Position numbers and translations under genes: made by a program. The notes beneath the pieces are model-generated. The model had not been told where the DNA came from and did not search any database. It worked only from the letters and a program-made list of their open reading frames with translations. Of a stretch of DNA of 64,000 bases, positions 19,233-27,657 are shown piece by piece. The stretch is from an uncultured Candidatus Saccharibacteria bacterium (GTDB taxonomy: Bacteria; Patescibacteriota; Saccharimonadia; Saccharimonadales; UBA10212), in assembly GCA_964460855.1 (NCBI GenBank), contig CAYWQH010000001.1, forward strand, positions 59,868-123,867, given 5' to 3'. Every line of letters begins with the position of its first letter. The first letter of the stretch is position 1.

Positions 19233-19833
19233 TATGAAAAGCAAACGGCTGTTTTGGATCCTGATTGCGCTTAACGTGTTGATGGTGGTGGGTATTATCG
19301 GTACATTCTCTTTTGCCAGCAAAATAGCTAAAACAAAATCGGCGGCCATAGCAGTTAAAAAAGCCCAGATCAGCAATAATGAGAAATCGCTGGATAATTT
19401 CCAGACGCTGGAGCATGCCCTCAACCAGAACAAAGAAGTTGAAGATATAGCCGCTAAAGTTCTACCCCAGGACAAAGAGCAATCAGTTGTCATAAAAGAA
19501 ATAAATAAATTCGCCACCGCGGCTGATATAAATTTGGATGACTTAACATTTGTAGCCGGCAGCGGCCCGACTACCACCAAAACCAGTACGCCGACGCTTA
19601 CAACACCCTCCGGGTTAAAGGGCGTGTACGTGCTTAAAGTGCAGATCACCGGTAAAAATACCAGCATCAACAATATGCTCGATTTTATGAAGCTCATCGA
19701 AGATAACCGGCGGCGCATGCAAGTTACATCAATCTCAATAAAGCCCAACCTCGTGCCGGCCAAAGATTCGCAAGGCAAAATAATTGACGTCCAGAACTAC
19801 GTTTTGGGCATCGACATTTACTTAAAACCATAG
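19222..19833 (+). CDS. pilO: PilO-like pilus assembly protein
   Basis: Single N-terminal TM helix plus coiled coil. Position after pilN, with an 11-nt overlap. Confidence 0.55.
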   Translation: MAADMKSKRLFWILIALNVLMVVGIIGTFSFASKIAKTKSAAIAVKKAQISNNEKSLDNFQTLEHALNQNKEVEDIAAKVLPQDKEQSVVIKEINKFATAADINLDDLTFVAGSGPTTTKTSTPTLTTPSGLKGVYVLKVQITGKNTSINNMLDFMKLIEDNRRRMQVTSISIKPNLVPAKDSQGKIIDVQNYVLGIDIYLKP

Positions 19834-19843
19834 GAACAAGAAT

Positions 19844-20185
19844 ATGAAGTTAGTTGGATCCAAAGACAAAAAAAAGAAAGCCGAAGACGTTTCAGCCGCG
19901 GAGTCGGTGAAGGCCAAAGGCCGCGTACTTTTAGCCTACATTAGCCGTTACCAAGTCATCATCATCGCCTTGGCGGTCGCAGCTATTTTGTCGTTCGCCA
20001 GCCTGCAAATGCTGCATCTGATTGACCCGCCGGTTGACGAAGATTACGCCAATCAAATCGCCCAGCAAACTAAGACTATCCGCATCAACAGCAAAGATAT
20101 CGATCAAATAAAGAGTTTAACTGACAGCCAAACGACTTCGTCGCCCAACCTGGACCCCAACCGCCAGAATCCGTTTAGCGAATAA
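19844..20185 (+). CDS. Hypothetical single-pass membrane protein, last gene of the pilus operon
   Basis: 113-aa ORF with a Lys-rich N-terminus and one TM helix. Confidence 0.4.
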   Translation: MKLVGSKDKKKKAEDVSAAESVKAKGRVLLAYISRYQVIIIALAVAAILSFASLQMLHLIDPPVDEDYANQIAQQTKTIRINSKDIDQIKSLTDSQTTSSPNLDPNRQNPFSE

Positions 20186-20186
20186 A

Positions 20187-20777
20187 TTAGCCGGGTTGGC
20201 CGGGATGGGTAAGTTTGTAAGCCTGCTCCATGTCGGTTTTAATAAACTGCTCGCGGGCCGCCAGTATTTCGCCGGCGTAATGGGTCGGGCTAGGACAGTA
20301 GGGAAATACGAAGTTTTCCTGCTCGCCGGCCGTTTCTACCGTTAAGGTGCCGTAGTTAAACATCGTCGCGAAAATGCCGTGCTGTTCGGCAGATACATCT
20401 TCTACGTTGCTCATCGACAAGCGCGATATTTTTTTGCTAAATAAGCCGTTTTGTAATACCTGGGTTAAGTTATCGTTGCCGACAATCAGGCGGCTTTCGC
20501 GGTATACATAGGTAGCCACAAATAAAACCAGCGCCATAATCACTACAATTATAATGCTGGCGGCCGAGACCAGGGCGCTTAAATTATGGCTGATGTTTTT
20601 GTCCAGAAAGTCGCGGGAGGCCTGCAAAATAAACAGTATGGCCACCACGGCAATTACCATGCCGATATATAAAATAATAATTCCAAACGGGTGGCGGTGG
20701 ATTTCCAGCATTTTTCGGTCGCCGTCCAAGTCCATGCCAAACACATTTTCTTTTTGTTCAACAGATTGGTCAGCCAT
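20187..20777 (-). CDS. Membrane protein with bacterial PH domain (bPH_2 / YdbT-like)
   Basis: Two TM helices followed by RLIVGNDNLTQV..ISRLSMSNVEDV..YGTLTVETAG, typical of bPH_2. Confidence 0.55.
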   Translation of the reverse strand: MADQSVEQKENVFGMDLDGDRKMLEIHRHPFGIIILYIGMVIAVVAILFILQASRDFLDKNISHNLSALVSAASIIIVVIMALVLFVATYVYRESRLIVGNDNLTQVLQNGLFSKKISRLSMSNVEDVSAEQHGIFATMFNYGTLTVETAGEQENFVFPYCPSPTHYAGEILAAREQFIKTDMEQAYKLTHPGQPG

Positions 20778-20798
20778 GGCTAGATTATAGCAGTTTAA

Positions 20799-21830
20799 TT
20801 AAAGCAAACTGCCCTGTTTGGGCGCCGGCGGCGGGTTTTTGCCTAGGTGTTTAAAAGCTTTAGGAGTGGCCTTACGGCCGCGCGGAGTACGTTCCAGCAA
20901 GCCAATTTGCATTAAATACGGCTCAAAAACATCTTCGATTGTGCCCCGCTCTTCACTCATCATGGCCGCCAGCGTTTCAATGCCTACCGGCCCGCCGTTA
21001 TAATTTTCGATAATAGCGTTTAGCAGTAATCGGTCGGAGGCATCCAAGCCCAATTCGTCAATTTCCAGCATTTCTAAAGCCAGGCGGCTGGTGTTGGCGT
21101 CGATAATGCCGTCGCCGTTAACATCGGCGTAATCACGGGTGCGTTTAAGCAGGCGGTTGGCGACCCGCGGTGTAAGCCGGGCCCGGCCGGCCAAAATTAT
21201 GGCGGCATCGGCGTGCAATTGGCTGTCTAATATTTTGGCAGCCCGTTTAATAATTTTGGCAATCTCGTCCGGCGAATAGAATTCCAGGCGGTGCACAATG
21301 CCAAAGCGGTCGCGCAGCGGGGCTGCCAGGGCGCCGGTACGGGTAGTGGCGCCAATAATAGTAAATTTCGGCAAATCCAGGCGCAAACTGCGGGCGCTGG
21401 GGCCTTTGCCCAGCATTATATCGAGTTTAAAATCTTCCATCGCGCTGTATAGCACTTCGGCAACACTGCGGTTAAGGCGATGGATCTCATCTATAAAAAG
21501 TATGTCGTTATCCTGGAGGTTGGTAAGCAAGCTGGCCAAATCACCGGCCCTGTCAATTGCCGGGCCGCTGGTCACCCTAATAGTTGCGCCCATTTCATTG
21601 GCAATAACCGTGGCCATGGTGGTTTTACCAAGGCCTGGCGGACCGTACAACAAAACATGGTCAATCGGTTCGCCGCGTTTTTTGGCGGCATCAATTGCCA
21701 GCTTTAGATTTTGCTTTAACCGCTCCTGGCCGATGTAATTGGCAAAATCACGCGGCCTCAGGCTATTTTCCAGTTCCTGTTCGGCGGCATCAGCCTGCAC
21801 GGTCGTATTTGCAATACGCTCAATCGCCAT
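20799..21830 (-). CDS. ruvB: Holliday junction branch-migration helicase RuvB
   Basis: [27 protein letters not shown] and a winged-helix C-terminus. 343 aa, full length. Confidence 0.98.
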   Translation of the reverse strand: MAIERIANTTVQADAAEQELENSLRPRDFANYIGQERLKQNLKLAIDAAKKRGEPIDHVLLYGPPGLGKTTMATVIANEMGATIRVTSGPAIDRAGDLASLLTNLQDNDILFIDEIHRLNRSVAEVLYSAMEDFKLDIMLGKGPSARSLRLDLPKFTIIGATTRTGALAAPLRDRFGIVHRLEFYSPDEIAKIIKRAAKILDSQLHADAAIILAGRARLTPRVANRLLKRTRDYADVNGDGIIDANTSRLALEMLEIDELGLDASDRLLLNAIIENYNGGPVGIETLAAMMSEERGTIEDVFEPYLMQIGLLERTPRGRKATPKAFKHLGKNPPPAPKQGSLL

Positions 21831-21918
21831 ATATTAGATTATAGTGGATGGGGTTAAGTAAGACCCAGTAAAAAAGTTGTTTGACAATATAGTCGTAGTT
21901 AGTTAAAACTAAATTCCT

Positions 21919-22551
21919 ATGGGAGAGATACCTGGAAAATACGAACCAATCAATAACACGAATTGGTTATTGGAAACCGCTTTTCACCCTTATTGGAACC
22001 GCGAGAAAAGCCGGTTGCTTTACGATTTGCCGGTGCCGGTTAACCGCATAAGCCGCCGGCCCTATGGAATAGGCTACCTTACTAAAGAAGCCGGCTTAAA
22101 AATGGAGTATTTAAACCAGTTAGCCGGAATTTATGTATATTCCAGCCCGATGTCGCATATCGGTCCTTATAACTCAGCCATGGATATTATCGTAGCCGAC
22201 GGCACGCCCGTACTGGCGTCCCAAAAGGGCAAAGTCGTTCGTTTCCAAGACCAATTCGACACATGGGGTACTACACCGGAATATTCCAAATATTTAAATT
22301 TCATTACCTTGCAACACGAAAACGGCGAATTTTCGGAATATGGCCATTTAATGCGGCATTCAATTAACGACCTTTCGTTGGATTTAGGCGATGAAATAAC
22401 CAAGGGCCAGCGGATTGGCACAGTTGGCAAAACTGGCTGGACCACCTTAGACCACCTGCACTTCATGGTTTTCCGCGAAGACCAGGGCGATGAATCGTTC
22501 GAAAATAAAGCCGGCTTTAAAAGCCTGGCGCCGCGGTTCGCGGCATTTTAA
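21919..22551 (+). CDS. M23 family metallopeptidase
   Basis: GKTGWTTLDHLHFMV and H..DI...DGTPV motifs. No obvious signal peptide. Confidence 0.8.
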   Translation: MGEIPGKYEPINNTNWLLETAFHPYWNREKSRLLYDLPVPVNRISRRPYGIGYLTKEAGLKMEYLNQLAGIYVYSSPMSHIGPYNSAMDIIVADGTPVLASQKGKVVRFQDQFDTWGTTPEYSKYLNFITLQHENGEFSEYGHLMRHSINDLSLDLGDEITKGQRIGTVGKTGWTTLDHLHFMVFREDQGDESFENKAGFKSLAPRFAAF

Positions 22552-24419
22552 TAGAGGGCTGCGGCCTTTGGCATCACTGAGCCTTCGAATAGCTTCAGTA
22601 TTTCGTCGGCTTCGACGGTTTCTTTTTCCAGTAGCAATTTCTTTAGCTTTTCCAATTTATCCATATTGGCTTTAATCACATCTTTGGCCCGGACAGCAGC
22701 TTCGCTAATCAGATCCTCGACTTCATCGTCTATTACTTTGGCCGTCTCGTCGGAATATTGCCGCTCGTGCACCAGCCGGTCAAGCATCATACCGTCGTCC
22801 ACATGGAACACTTGGTTGCGCAGCTTTTTACCCATGCCCTGGTTAACAACCATGTCGCGGGCTAGTTCTGCGGCTTTTTGCAAGTCGGAGCCGGCACCGG
22901 TAGTTACGCGGTCATGCCCGTAAATAATTTCCTCGGCCATCCGGCCGCCCAGCACCCGGGCCAGTACATCTTTATATTCGATAATGCTGTGGTAGTTCTT
23001 GTCTTCCGGCGGGATAAACCAAGTTACGCCACCTGCTCCGCCGCGCGGGATAATGGTAACTTTGTGCACTAAATCACTGTCAGGCAGTACATGCCCAACA
23101 ATGGCGTGGCCGGCTTCGTGGTAGGCAGTCAGCTCCTTGTCTTTTTCGGTCATGACTTTGCTTTTACGCTCGGGGCCGATGGCAACTTTTTCGAACGCGT
23201 TTACTACGTCTTCGTTAGAAATTTCTTTATGGTCGTGGCGGGCTGCGATAATGGCTGATTCGTTGGCGATATTTGCCAGGTCGGCGCCGCTGGTACCGGC
23301 GGACTTGGCCGCCAGCGAGTCCAGGTCAACATCTTTAGCGATTGGCTTCTTGGCAAAATGGACTTTTAGTATTGCCTCGCGTTCCTTACGGTCCGGCAAG
23401 CCAATGTTTACCCGGCGGTCAAAACGTCCGGGGCGGAGCAGGGCGGGGTCTAACACATCAGATCGGTTAGTGGCCGCCAATACTATAATATTCTGGCCTT
23501 GTTCAAAGCCGTCCATTTCAACCAATATCTGATTAAGAGTTTGCTCGCGCTCGTCGTGGCCGCCACCCATGCCGCTGCCGCGCCGGCGACCGACGGCGTC
23601 AATTTCATCTATAAAGATAATGCACGGGGCGTTCTTTTTGGCCTTGTTGAATAGGTCGCGCACACGGCTGGCGCCGACGCCGACGAACATTTCAACGAAT
23701 TCCGAGCCGCTGATGCTAAAGAACGGCGCGTTGGCTTCGCCGGCTACGGCCCGGGCCAGCATGGTTTTACCGGTACCAGGAGGGCCAACCAGTAACACGC
23801 CTTTTGGTATTTTGGCTCCTAATCCTTCGAATTTCTTAGGGAATTTCAAAAACTCAACGACTTCTTCCAAATCTTGCTTGGCTTCGGCGTTGCCGGCAAT
23901 ATCCCTGAAATAAATCTGGTCTTTTTCGTTGCCGTATAATCGGGCCCGGCTTTTACCAAAACTTAAAGCCTGGTTGCCCTGCCCCTGGGCGCTGCGGAAC
24001 ATCATCACTAAGATGATCGTGATAATAATGATCGGTAAGATATTAACGCCAAGTTGCAGCCATAAATCGCCGGTTGTAGATTCTTTCTTATTCACGATTT
24101 CTACCTTTCCTTGTTTTAGGCCTTGCTCGTAAATGCTCGAGCCGGCTTCTTTGCGCGATTGCTCGGTGGGTTTATCGGAGCCTTTAGGTGTAACGGCTAA
24201 CTCTTCGCCAGTAACCGTAATACGGGTTAGCTGGCCGTTGTTAGCTTCGTCAACTACTTGAGAAAAAGGTACTTCTTTAAGTTGGCTGGGTTGGTTAAAG
24301 GCCGCGAATACAATCAAACCGAGTAGTAACAAAAGCGCCACAAAACCGGCGTTTTTGAAACGGTTGTTTTTCAAGTTGCTGCCACCTTCTCTGTTCATCC
24401 GTAACTGCTTTCTACTCAT
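22548..24419 (-). CDS. ftsH: ATP-dependent zinc metalloprotease FtsH
   Basis: Two TM helices, AAA module ([13 protein letters not shown]), HEAGHA zinc site. Start taken at the ATG at 24419 (the ORF is open from a TTG at 24425). Confidence 0.98.
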   Translation of the reverse strand: MSRKQLRMNREGGSNLKNNRFKNAGFVALLLLLGLIVFAAFNQPSQLKEVPFSQVVDEANNGQLTRITVTGEELAVTPKGSDKPTEQSRKEAGSSIYEQGLKQGKVEIVNKKESTTGDLWLQLGVNILPIIIITIILVMMFRSAQGQGNQALSFGKSRARLYGNEKDQIYFRDIAGNAEAKQDLEEVVEFLKFPKKFEGLGAKIPKGVLLVGPPGTGKTMLARAVAGEANAPFFSISGSEFVEMFVGVGASRVRDLFNKAKKNAPCIIFIDEIDAVGRRRGSGMGGGHDEREQTLNQILVEMDGFEQGQNIIVLAATNRSDVLDPALLRPGRFDRRVNIGLPDRKEREAILKVHFAKKPIAKDVDLDSLAAKSAGTSGADLANIANESAIIAARHDHKEISNEDVVNAFEKVAIGPERKSKVMTEKDKELTAYHEAGHAIVGHVLPDSDLVHKVTIIPRGGAGGVTWFIPPEDKNYHSIIEYKDVLARVLGGRMAEEIIYGHDRVTTGAGSDLQKAAELARDMVVNQGMGKKLRNQVFHVDDGMMLDRLVHERQYSDETAKVIDDEVEDLISEAAVRAKDVIKANMDKLEKLKKLLLEKETVEADEILKLFEGSVMPKAAALY

Positions 24420-24447
24420 ACGCAATAATTATAACAGGTAAAAGTCA

Positions 24448-25323
24448 TTACTTAACTTGTAACATAATTTTATCACGGCCGATGTTAATTGAATTGTGTT
24501 TATCTAACGGGTATATTTTACCTATAGCAGCCGTTTTACTAAAAGACGCGGCTTTCTCGATTTGTTGCTTATCTAATTGCTTGACATCATTTAGCTTGAA
24601 CCATAACAACAAAATCTCTTTAGATACGCCGTGAGGCAGTCCAATAAAAGTACCCCTGTCAATTTCCCTGCCCTTTGCAATATTATGATATAAAGTCGCA
24701 ATAATATTATTGATTTTTTGTCTGTCTTTAACTGATTGATTAAGTATATTTATCAGTTTATCGCGCTGGGCCGAACCGGCAGGGAAGGCCGGCAGTAAAT
24801 TTTTACGAACATAATTACGCAAATACGACTGGTCTTCATTGGTAGCGTCTTCTACCCACTGCAAATTATTTTTTTTGGCATATTTAATAATGTCTGCTTT
24901 TGGCATGTCCAATAACGGCCGGCTGACGTTGGGGTTGGCTTTAATGGCCGACAAGCCTTTATGACCCGTTCCCCTTAAAATATTGATTATGGCGGTCTCC
25001 AGCCAGTCGTCTTGGTGATGCGCAGTTATGACTTTGGCAGCCTGATGCTTTTTTTGCACCGAAAACAGAAAGTTATAACGCGCCCGCCTGGCCTCCTCCT
25101 CGCTGCTATTGGGGCCTAAGTGCCCCTGCCCGGTTTCCAGTTGTAATTTATATGTTGTGGCTAATTGCTTAACAAATTTAGCATCTTCGGATGAGTTGGG
25201 CCTAATTCCATGGTCGAAGTGGACAACAATATACTTTTCCGGTCCGCCTCGCTTGGCCAGCATATCCAGTAGAACTACAGAATCGACGCCGCCCGAAACG
25301 GCAATAATGTAAGTATTATTCAT
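24448..25323 (-). CDS. tilS: tRNA(Ile)-lysidine synthetase TilS
   Basis: PP-loop IIAVSGGVDSVVLLDML. 291 aa. Confidence 0.9.
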   Translation of the reverse strand: MNNTYIIAVSGGVDSVVLLDMLAKRGGPEKYIVVHFDHGIRPNSSEDAKFVKQLATTYKLQLETGQGHLGPNSSEEEARRARYNFLFSVQKKHQAAKVITAHHQDDWLETAIINILRGTGHKGLSAIKANPNVSRPLLDMPKADIIKYAKKNNLQWVEDATNEDQSYLRNYVRKNLLPAFPAGSAQRDKLINILNQSVKDRQKINNIIATLYHNIAKGREIDRGTFIGLPHGVSKEILLLWFKLNDVKQLDKQQIEKAASFSKTAAIGKIYPLDKHNSINIGRDKIMLQVK

Positions 25324-25328
25324 ATAAA

Positions 25329-25655
25329 TTAATCCAAAGATTCGAGTTCGCTTAGTTTCCTAAGAAAAATTATGGCTTCCAAGCCTCCAACCGCCAGCGC
25401 CGGCCAACCATAAGAGGCTAGAAGTTCCGCCACTTTAATATCCTGTGTCGTTTCAGGCAGCGAAAATAATAGTTTAGATGAACCAACCGCGATCGCGCCC
25501 GTGCTGGCTAGTAAGAGGCTCATCGAACCATACCAGTCCGAGTCTTTTTGGATTTCTTTCTTGTATTTTTCCTGCGGGCTAATTTGTTGGGGGCCGGAAT
25601 CTCCCTCAGAAGCACTCATGCCCAGAATAATGCGCTTTTTAACACCTATAATCAA
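25329..25655 (-). CDS. Hypothetical membrane protein
   Basis: 108-aa ORF with two hydrophobic segments. Start uncertain. Confidence 0.35.
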   Translation of the reverse strand: MIIGVKKRIILGMSASEGDSGPQQISPQEKYKKEIQKDSDWYGSMSLLLASTGAIAVGSSKLLFSLPETTQDIKVAELLASYGWPALAVGGLEAIIFLRKLSELESLD

Positions 25656-25721
25656 GTGCCGTAATGGCTTAGCTGTTTAACTTAATCATCTTGCCATATT
25701 TAATGGAGGAGGAGATGTTAT

Positions 25722-26219
25722 CTAGAAGGTGGTCATCTTATTACGTCGGCGGTTATGAATCAGAATCACTAGCGATAAGATAATAATCGCGACAATCGTT
25801 GCCAGTATGGCATAAACCAGCCAGTTGTGGGTTACTGCACGCGTTGATGTTACGGTGTTGCTGTTGGCGACTGTGTTACTGCCTGTAGTTATTAGCCCGT
25901 TAGAATCAGAATTAGAGTTTTGCGGAGTCGTGTTCGCGGGGGTTGATGGTGGAGCCGTAGTGGTTGAAGCGGTTGTCTTTTTCTTGCTGCCGCCCGACGA
26001 GCTTTTGCTGCCAGAAGAGCCGCCGTTGCTGGTTCCCCCACTTGTGCCTCCGCTAGTACCGCCGCCGGTAGTCGTAGAAGTGGAGCACGTGTCATACGTA
26101 CAACCATCATAGCCGCCGCTGCCATAAGGTAAAGCGCTGGCCGGCGCCGCCAACATAAAGAATAGGCAAGCGCTGCTTGCCAGAAGTGCTGGAATTTTAT
26201 TGCGCCAGCGGCAAAACAT
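25722..26219 (-). CDS. Secreted Gly/Ser/Thr-rich low-complexity protein with C-terminal TM anchor
   Basis: Start at the ATG at 26219 gives the signal peptide MFCRWRNKIPALLASSACLFFMLAAPASA. GGTSGGTSGGTS repeats and a C-terminal TM helix followed by RRRNK. Confidence 0.5.
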   Translation of the reverse strand: MFCRWRNKIPALLASSACLFFMLAAPASALPYGSGGYDGCTYDTCSTSTTTGGGTSGGTSGGTSNGGSSGSKSSSGGSKKKTTASTTTAPPSTPANTTPQNSNSDSNGLITTGSNTVANSNTVTSTRAVTHNWLVYAILATIVAIIILSLVILIHNRRRNKMTTF

Positions 26220-26226
26220 TACACTA

Positions 26227-26430
26227 CTACCGCCCGTAGGCGCTGCCGCCGTAACCGGCCCGGGCCGTAGGCTGCTGCATTTTAGCCGTCTGGGCCGGCA
26301 CATGTTCGTGCAGGCCTTTAATAAACGCAGTGATGCCAAATATACCAATAAAAGCCACGCCGATATACTTTAAAAATTCGGAGCGGCTGACTTCCCTCTC
26401 TAGGAGGTTGCTGACTTTTATATCTCTCAT
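26227..26430 (-). CDS. 67-aa protein with Tat-like signal/anchor (SRSEFLK)
   Basis: MRDIKVSNLLEREVSRSEFLKYIGVAFIGIFGITAFIKGL. AAGG lies upstream of the ATG. Immediately downstream of tatC. Confidence 0.5.
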   Translation of the reverse strand: MRDIKVSNLLEREVSRSEFLKYIGVAFIGIFGITAFIKGLHEHVPAQTAKMQQPTARAGYGGSAYGR

Positions 26431-26511
26431 TTTTTACCTTTTGGATTTTTGTATAAAGGAACTGTGTTGGTTTCAGTTTAACTCTCTTATGCTTGTATTG
26501 CAAACCATATT

Positions 26512-27384
26512 TTATCGTTGTTGGGCGGGCCAGGCCACATCCATTATTAACTGGGGCCGCGGCCGTGGTTGGCGGGCAACAACGGGCGGCGCCTGGTTAG
26601 GTATAGCTGCCGGAACTAAATTAGTTGTGTCACTCCAAGCAGGTGATGGCGCGGCGGGCACAGGCTTGGCTTTATTGCTATTGGCAATCCAGATCATAAC
26701 GATTGATACCTGGTACAGAATGATTATCGGGGCGGCCATAATAGCCTGGTTGAGCGGGTCCGGAGTTGGCGTTAGTATGGCCGCGATTATGGCGCTGCCC
26801 AAGATTACGTAGCGCTGGTAGCGCATCAAGCCGCGCGGCGACTGCGGTTTTACCCGGTTAATAAACAAGATAATGAGCGGCAGCTGGAATAATATTGCAA
26901 AGCCAACGATATAGCTCAAGATAAAGTTCATATACTCATTAACCAGGATAAACGGCGCGATGCCCGGCGTATTAAGGTTGGTTAAAAAGTGCAGGGCAGC
27001 CGGTAAACTTATGAAGTAAGCGACCGCCGCGCCAATTGCCGCTAACGCCAGTGAAGTAAAAATTATATATATTGACCGCGACGGCAGCGACTTATGGAAC
27101 GCCGGCTGCAAAAAGCCGTGAAGTTGATGAATAATGACCGGCAAGGCCACGACCAATCCAAACAGGATTGACACTTTCAAAATAGCATTCAACCCGCCGA
27201 CCGGTGACGTGTAATAAAGCTGCTGGCCGAGCGGTTTTTGGATCATGGCAAATAACTGCGCATGCAACCAGTAGCCGGCAGCCGTGCCGGCTAAAATCGC
27301 AGCCAAACAAACAATCAGCCGTCGCCGAAGTTCGCGGATGTGTTCGCTAAAAGGCTGGCGGTGCATGCGAGAAGCACCATCCAT
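26512..27384 (-). CDS. tatC: Sec-independent translocase TatC, with a Pro-rich C-terminal extension
   Basis: FSEHIRELRRRLI N-terminus and six TM helices. AAGGAG lies 6 nt upstream of the ATG at 27384. About 50 extra C-terminal residues rich in Pro/Ala. Confidence 0.9.
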   Translation of the reverse strand: MDGASRMHRQPFSEHIRELRRRLIVCLAAILAGTAAGYWLHAQLFAMIQKPLGQQLYYTSPVGGLNAILKVSILFGLVVALPVIIHQLHGFLQPAFHKSLPSRSIYIIFTSLALAAIGAAVAYFISLPAALHFLTNLNTPGIAPFILVNEYMNFILSYIVGFAILFQLPLIILFINRVKPQSPRGLMRYQRYVILGSAIIAAILTPTPDPLNQAIMAAPIIILYQVSIVMIWIANSNKAKPVPAAPSPAWSDTTNLVPAAIPNQAPPVVARQPRPRPQLIMDVAWPAQQR

Positions 27385-27402
27385 ACTTTTCTCCTTAACT
27401 GT

Positions 27403-27579
27403 TTATTTTTGCTCTGGGGTTTCTGTTTTTTGATCAGAACCCTTGCCATTTAGCCCGTCGCGGAGTTCCTTGGCCGATTGGCCCAGGCTGCGCGATAGCT
27501 TTGGCAAGCGTGTACTGCCAAACAGCAACAGCAGGATAGCTAAAATTATTATTAATTCTGGTAAGCCGATATCCGGCAT
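27403..27579 (-). CDS. tatA: Sec-independent translocase TatA/E
   Basis: MPDIGLPELIIILAILLLLFGSTRLPKLSRSLGQS. GGAGG lies 8 nt upstream of the ATG at 27579. Confidence 0.85.
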   Translation of the reverse strand: MPDIGLPELIIILAILLLLFGSTRLPKLSRSLGQSAKELRDGLNGKGSDQKTETPEQK

Positions 27580-27657
27580 AATAAAACCCTCCAATCAGGT
27601 TTAACTTTATAATAGCATATGCTTTTTGAAATAGTACAACTTAATTTTGCGGTATTT

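Noticed and set aside
25825-26125. ORFs 25825-26112 (+) and 25892-26125 (-) in the Gly/Ser/Thr-rich region.
   Set aside because: They are alternative-frame or antisense readings of a low-complexity repeat. The frame with a signal peptide and a C-terminal anchor (25722-26219) is the coherent one.
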